DNA from: Malacoraja senta
Taxonomy: Eukaryota
Reading direction: 5' to 3'
DNA: 64,000 nt
NCBI GenBank assembly: GCA_038087875.1
Contig: JAXLNO010000625.1
Span: 1-64,000, forward strand
The stretch's first letter is position 1. Every line of letters begins with the position of its first letter. This document shows positions 61,330 to 64,000 of the stretch, one piece after another. The position numbers and the translations under genes are program-made. The notes under the pieces were generated by a model. It made no database searches, had not been told where the DNA came from, and saw only the letters and a program-made list of their open reading frames with translations.

Positions 61330-61730
61330 AAACTTGACAACTTCCTGTTTGCACCATATATTGATTTTAGATAAAATGCTACCACTTACGGCAGTGATTT
61401 CTGGCCATCTTACTCAGTCCCCCGCCGCTCATCAGGTGCAGAGGATTCTTCTCATCAATGAAAAATAAAAGTGTTATTAGTGTTTAAAAAAATGTTGAGA
61501 ATCTCTCTCCTGTTAATCACGCCATGAATGCCACGCCCCTTCTGGTTGGAGAGGGAGGGATTATAAAAACCAGAAGTGTGGGTGTGGATCAGTCTCTGCA
61601 AGATGGGGGAGGGAGAGTGGGATGGGAGAGGGAGAGGTCACGACACTGAATGTCTACTGAATGTCTACTGAACTGTGGGTGTGGTGTTTATGTGGCGTTT
61701 ATGTGGTGTTTTGTATGGTTTTATGGTGGT

Positions 61731-62517
61731 TTCACCCTGCTTGAAATTGTATAAAACTGCATTTGAATGTGGTGGCCTGGCACCCTGCATGAAATGGTAT
61801 TTAACTGCATTTGAATTTGGTGGCCTTGCACCCTACATGAAATGGTATGAAACTGCACTTGAATTTGGTGGTCTTGCACCCTGCTTGAAATGGTATGAAA
61901 CTGCACTTCAATTTGGTTGTCTTGCACCCTGCTTGAAGTGGTATGAAACTGCACTTGCATTTGTGGCCTTGCACCCTGCTTGAAATGGCATGAAACAGCA
62001 CTAGCAATTGGTGGCCTTGCACCCTGCTTGAAGTGGCATGAAACTGCACTAGAATTTGGTGGCCTTGCACCTTGCTTGGTGGCTTTAAACTGCACTTGAA
62101 TTTTGGGGCCTTGCACCTTGTTTGAAGTGGCATGAAACTGCACTTGAATTTGGTGGCCTTGCACCCTGTTTGAAATGGCATGAAACTGCACTTGAATTTG
62201 GTGGCCTTGCACCCTGCTTGAAATGGCATGAAACTGCACTTGAATTTGGTGGCCTTGCACCCTGCATGAAATGGCATGAAACTTTACTTCAATTTGGTGG
62301 CATTGCACCCTGCTTGAAGTGGCATGAAACTGCACTTAAATTTGGTGGCCTTGCACCCTGCTTGAAGTGGTAAGAAACTGCAATTGAATTTGGTGGCCTT
62401 GCATCCTGCTTGAAGTGGTAAGAAACTGCACTTGAATTTGGTGGCCTTGCACCTTGCTTGAAGTGGTGGTAAACTGCATTTGAATTTGGTTGCCTTGCAC
62501 CCTGCTTGAAATGGAAT
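61731..62517. repeat. 48-bp minisatellite, about 16 copies
   Basis: Unit TTGCACCCTGCTTGAAATGGCATGAAACTGCACTTGAATTTGGTGGCC, which explains the 16-aa repeat ORFs. Confidence 0.95.
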
Positions 62518-63224
62518 TTCAAGGAATAGCCGTGAGTGAACTGCTAGCCCACCAGCCGTGAGTGAGCTGCCAGCACATCAGGCTTGAGTGACTGAGCTGC
62601 CACCCCAAGAATCTATTTGGCCCACAATGTCCATACTAGCCCTCTGGAAACCAGTCCCTTCAGCCCACAATACCCATACTAGCACTCCAGGAAGCTCCCC
62701 CCCCACCCCCCGCCCCACTGGCCACTAATATTGGAATTAGTGGAGAGGTGGAATATTGCGTTGGGGGACCAGTCCTCCCGTGTGAACATGGGACCCAACG
62801 GGTCCCACTTAGTCTAGTTTGTTCTATATCTCTTTACATCACTGTCTATATCTCTCATTTCTCTTCCCCCTGACTAGTCTGAAGAAAAGTCTCAATCCAA
62901 AACGTCAACCATTCTTTGTCTCCAGTGATGCTGCCTGTCCCGCTGAGTTACTCCAGCATTTTGTGTCTATCCTCGATTTAAGCCAGCAACTGCAGTTCCA
63001 TCCTACACCAGAAAATATCTCACGCACTCAGAACAAATGTTTCCTTTGCCGTCATGGTGCTGGTGATTGGCAGCTTCTACCGATGAATATATATTTTATC
63101 AAACGATGATCAGCCATGATCACATTGAATGGCGGTGCTGGCTCGAAGGGCCATATGGCCTACTCCTGCATCTATTGTCTATTGTCTATTGATGCCGTTT
63201 TTCTTCATTTCTGCCAATGTTTCT

Positions 63225-63267
63225 CATTTGTTGAAACAGGTCACGTGAAGGTTGCAATCTGCCACCC
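63225..63267 (-). mobile_element. Degenerate 5' fragment of the 138-bp HDV-ribozyme element
   Basis: Minus strand GGGTGGCAGATTGCAACCTTCACGTGACCTGTTTCAACAAATG aligns to 44800-44847 with a deletion in the P1 3' strand. Confidence 0.7.
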
Positions 63268-64000
63268 ATCCTCCTATGGTGAATGCATTGGTTGTTTCTT
63301 TATATTAGTTTAAATAATGAAGGGCTTTTGACTCTTTGTCTCATTATTCACAAATTTTAACTATTACAGTGTTAAAATCCATTTGAAAGGCAAATCGATC
63401 ATGGATAAGAGATGCTGCCTGTCCTGCTGAGTTACTCCAGCATTTTTTGTCTGCCTCATCTAAAACACAGACTGATTGTTCTACAGGAGTTAATTTAGCA
63501 TGTTATTTTTCATCAACTCTCTCATCTTAAACTGAACTGGGATCTTAAAGGAACAGGAACAACTAAAGTCTCACTTGAAGACTAGTCATCGAGTTGAGGA
63601 ATTTCAAATTGGAAGTGGATTACTTGGAAAATCAGTCTGTACGGTTGAAATGTTATCTAAATTAGGTAATACTTATTTAAGACAAAGTTTAATACTTTAC
63701 TTTAAACTCCTGGTGGATGAGGGGAGGGAAGAGTCACTTGATTGCAAAGGCATTTAACATTAATGCCCATGGGCTAAATAGTTAAAGGCAATGTTGATGC
63801 ATAAAACCCGTGAGTAGGTTAAAACTAACATGTTGCAAAATAAAAGATAAAAATGTTCCCTGAATTAACACAGCTGCAATTCCCGCAGTTGGGAGATTGT
63901 CTTAACATCATCTTTTATGCATTATTTCAGATTTCAGATGTAAGGATTGAATGAAACCCATACAGGACAGGGACATAAAGGACAAAATCAAAGATTCAGG

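Larger units (their letters stand above)
60669..62817 (+). mobile_element. Non-autonomous Helitron (rolling-circle transposon)
   Basis: 5' TC (TCTATATTACTAAAAG), 3' hairpin TGGGACCC-AAC-GGGTCCCA (62789-62807), terminal CTAG (62814-62817). Inserted between A and T with no TSD. Confidence 0.9.
60370..63005 (+). mobile_element. Penelope-like 3' fragment hosting the Helitron
   Basis: AAATTGGAGGAACCGCATCTCATATTTTGCTTGGGC…; the host reads TTCATTCA|TTTGTTCTATATCTC across the insertion and ends in a hammerhead-like repeat. Confidence 0.75.

Noticed and set aside
60922..62522. Long repetitive ORFs (for example 204 aa at 61721-62335) suggesting a repeat protein or a CRISPR-like array
   Set aside because: They are by-products of 48/49-bp tandem units inside a Helitron. 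There are no unique spacers, no cas genes, and frames are open on both strands.

Overview
Eukaryotic, repeat-dense, apparently intergenic or intronic DNA with no recognisable host protein-coding gene. The SINE and LINE repertoire (HE1-type V-SINEs, SacSINE1-type Deu-domain SINEs, CR1, Rex1, L1, L2) points to a cartilaginous fish, probably a skate or ray (inference). Almost all listed ORFs are transposon remnants or chance frames. Main structural finds: (1) two different very short retro-elements (138 bp at 44711-44848 on -, 205 bp at 17754-17958 on +). Each has a 9-bp TSD, starts at or within 2 nt of an HDV-like ribozyme fold and ends in a CANACG-NN-AGAAGAAG tail. A Vingi/Ingi-type LINE 3' end at 23821-24345 has the same tail, suggesting ribozyme-headed SINEs with a candidate driver LINE. 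(2) About 15 copies of a Penelope-associated repeat carrying a minimal hammerhead core, several as fold-back palindromes. (3) A 4.4-kb DIRS tyrosine-recombinase retrotransposon (27170-31549) with near-perfect termini and internal complementary region but decayed ORFs. (4) A 2.15-kb non-autonomous Helitron (60669-62817) carrying 49-bp and 48-bp minisatellites. (5) Several PIF/Harbinger MITEs and two tRNA-Asp pseudogenes. Family names come from motif recognition, not database searches. Boundaries of old fragments are approximate.
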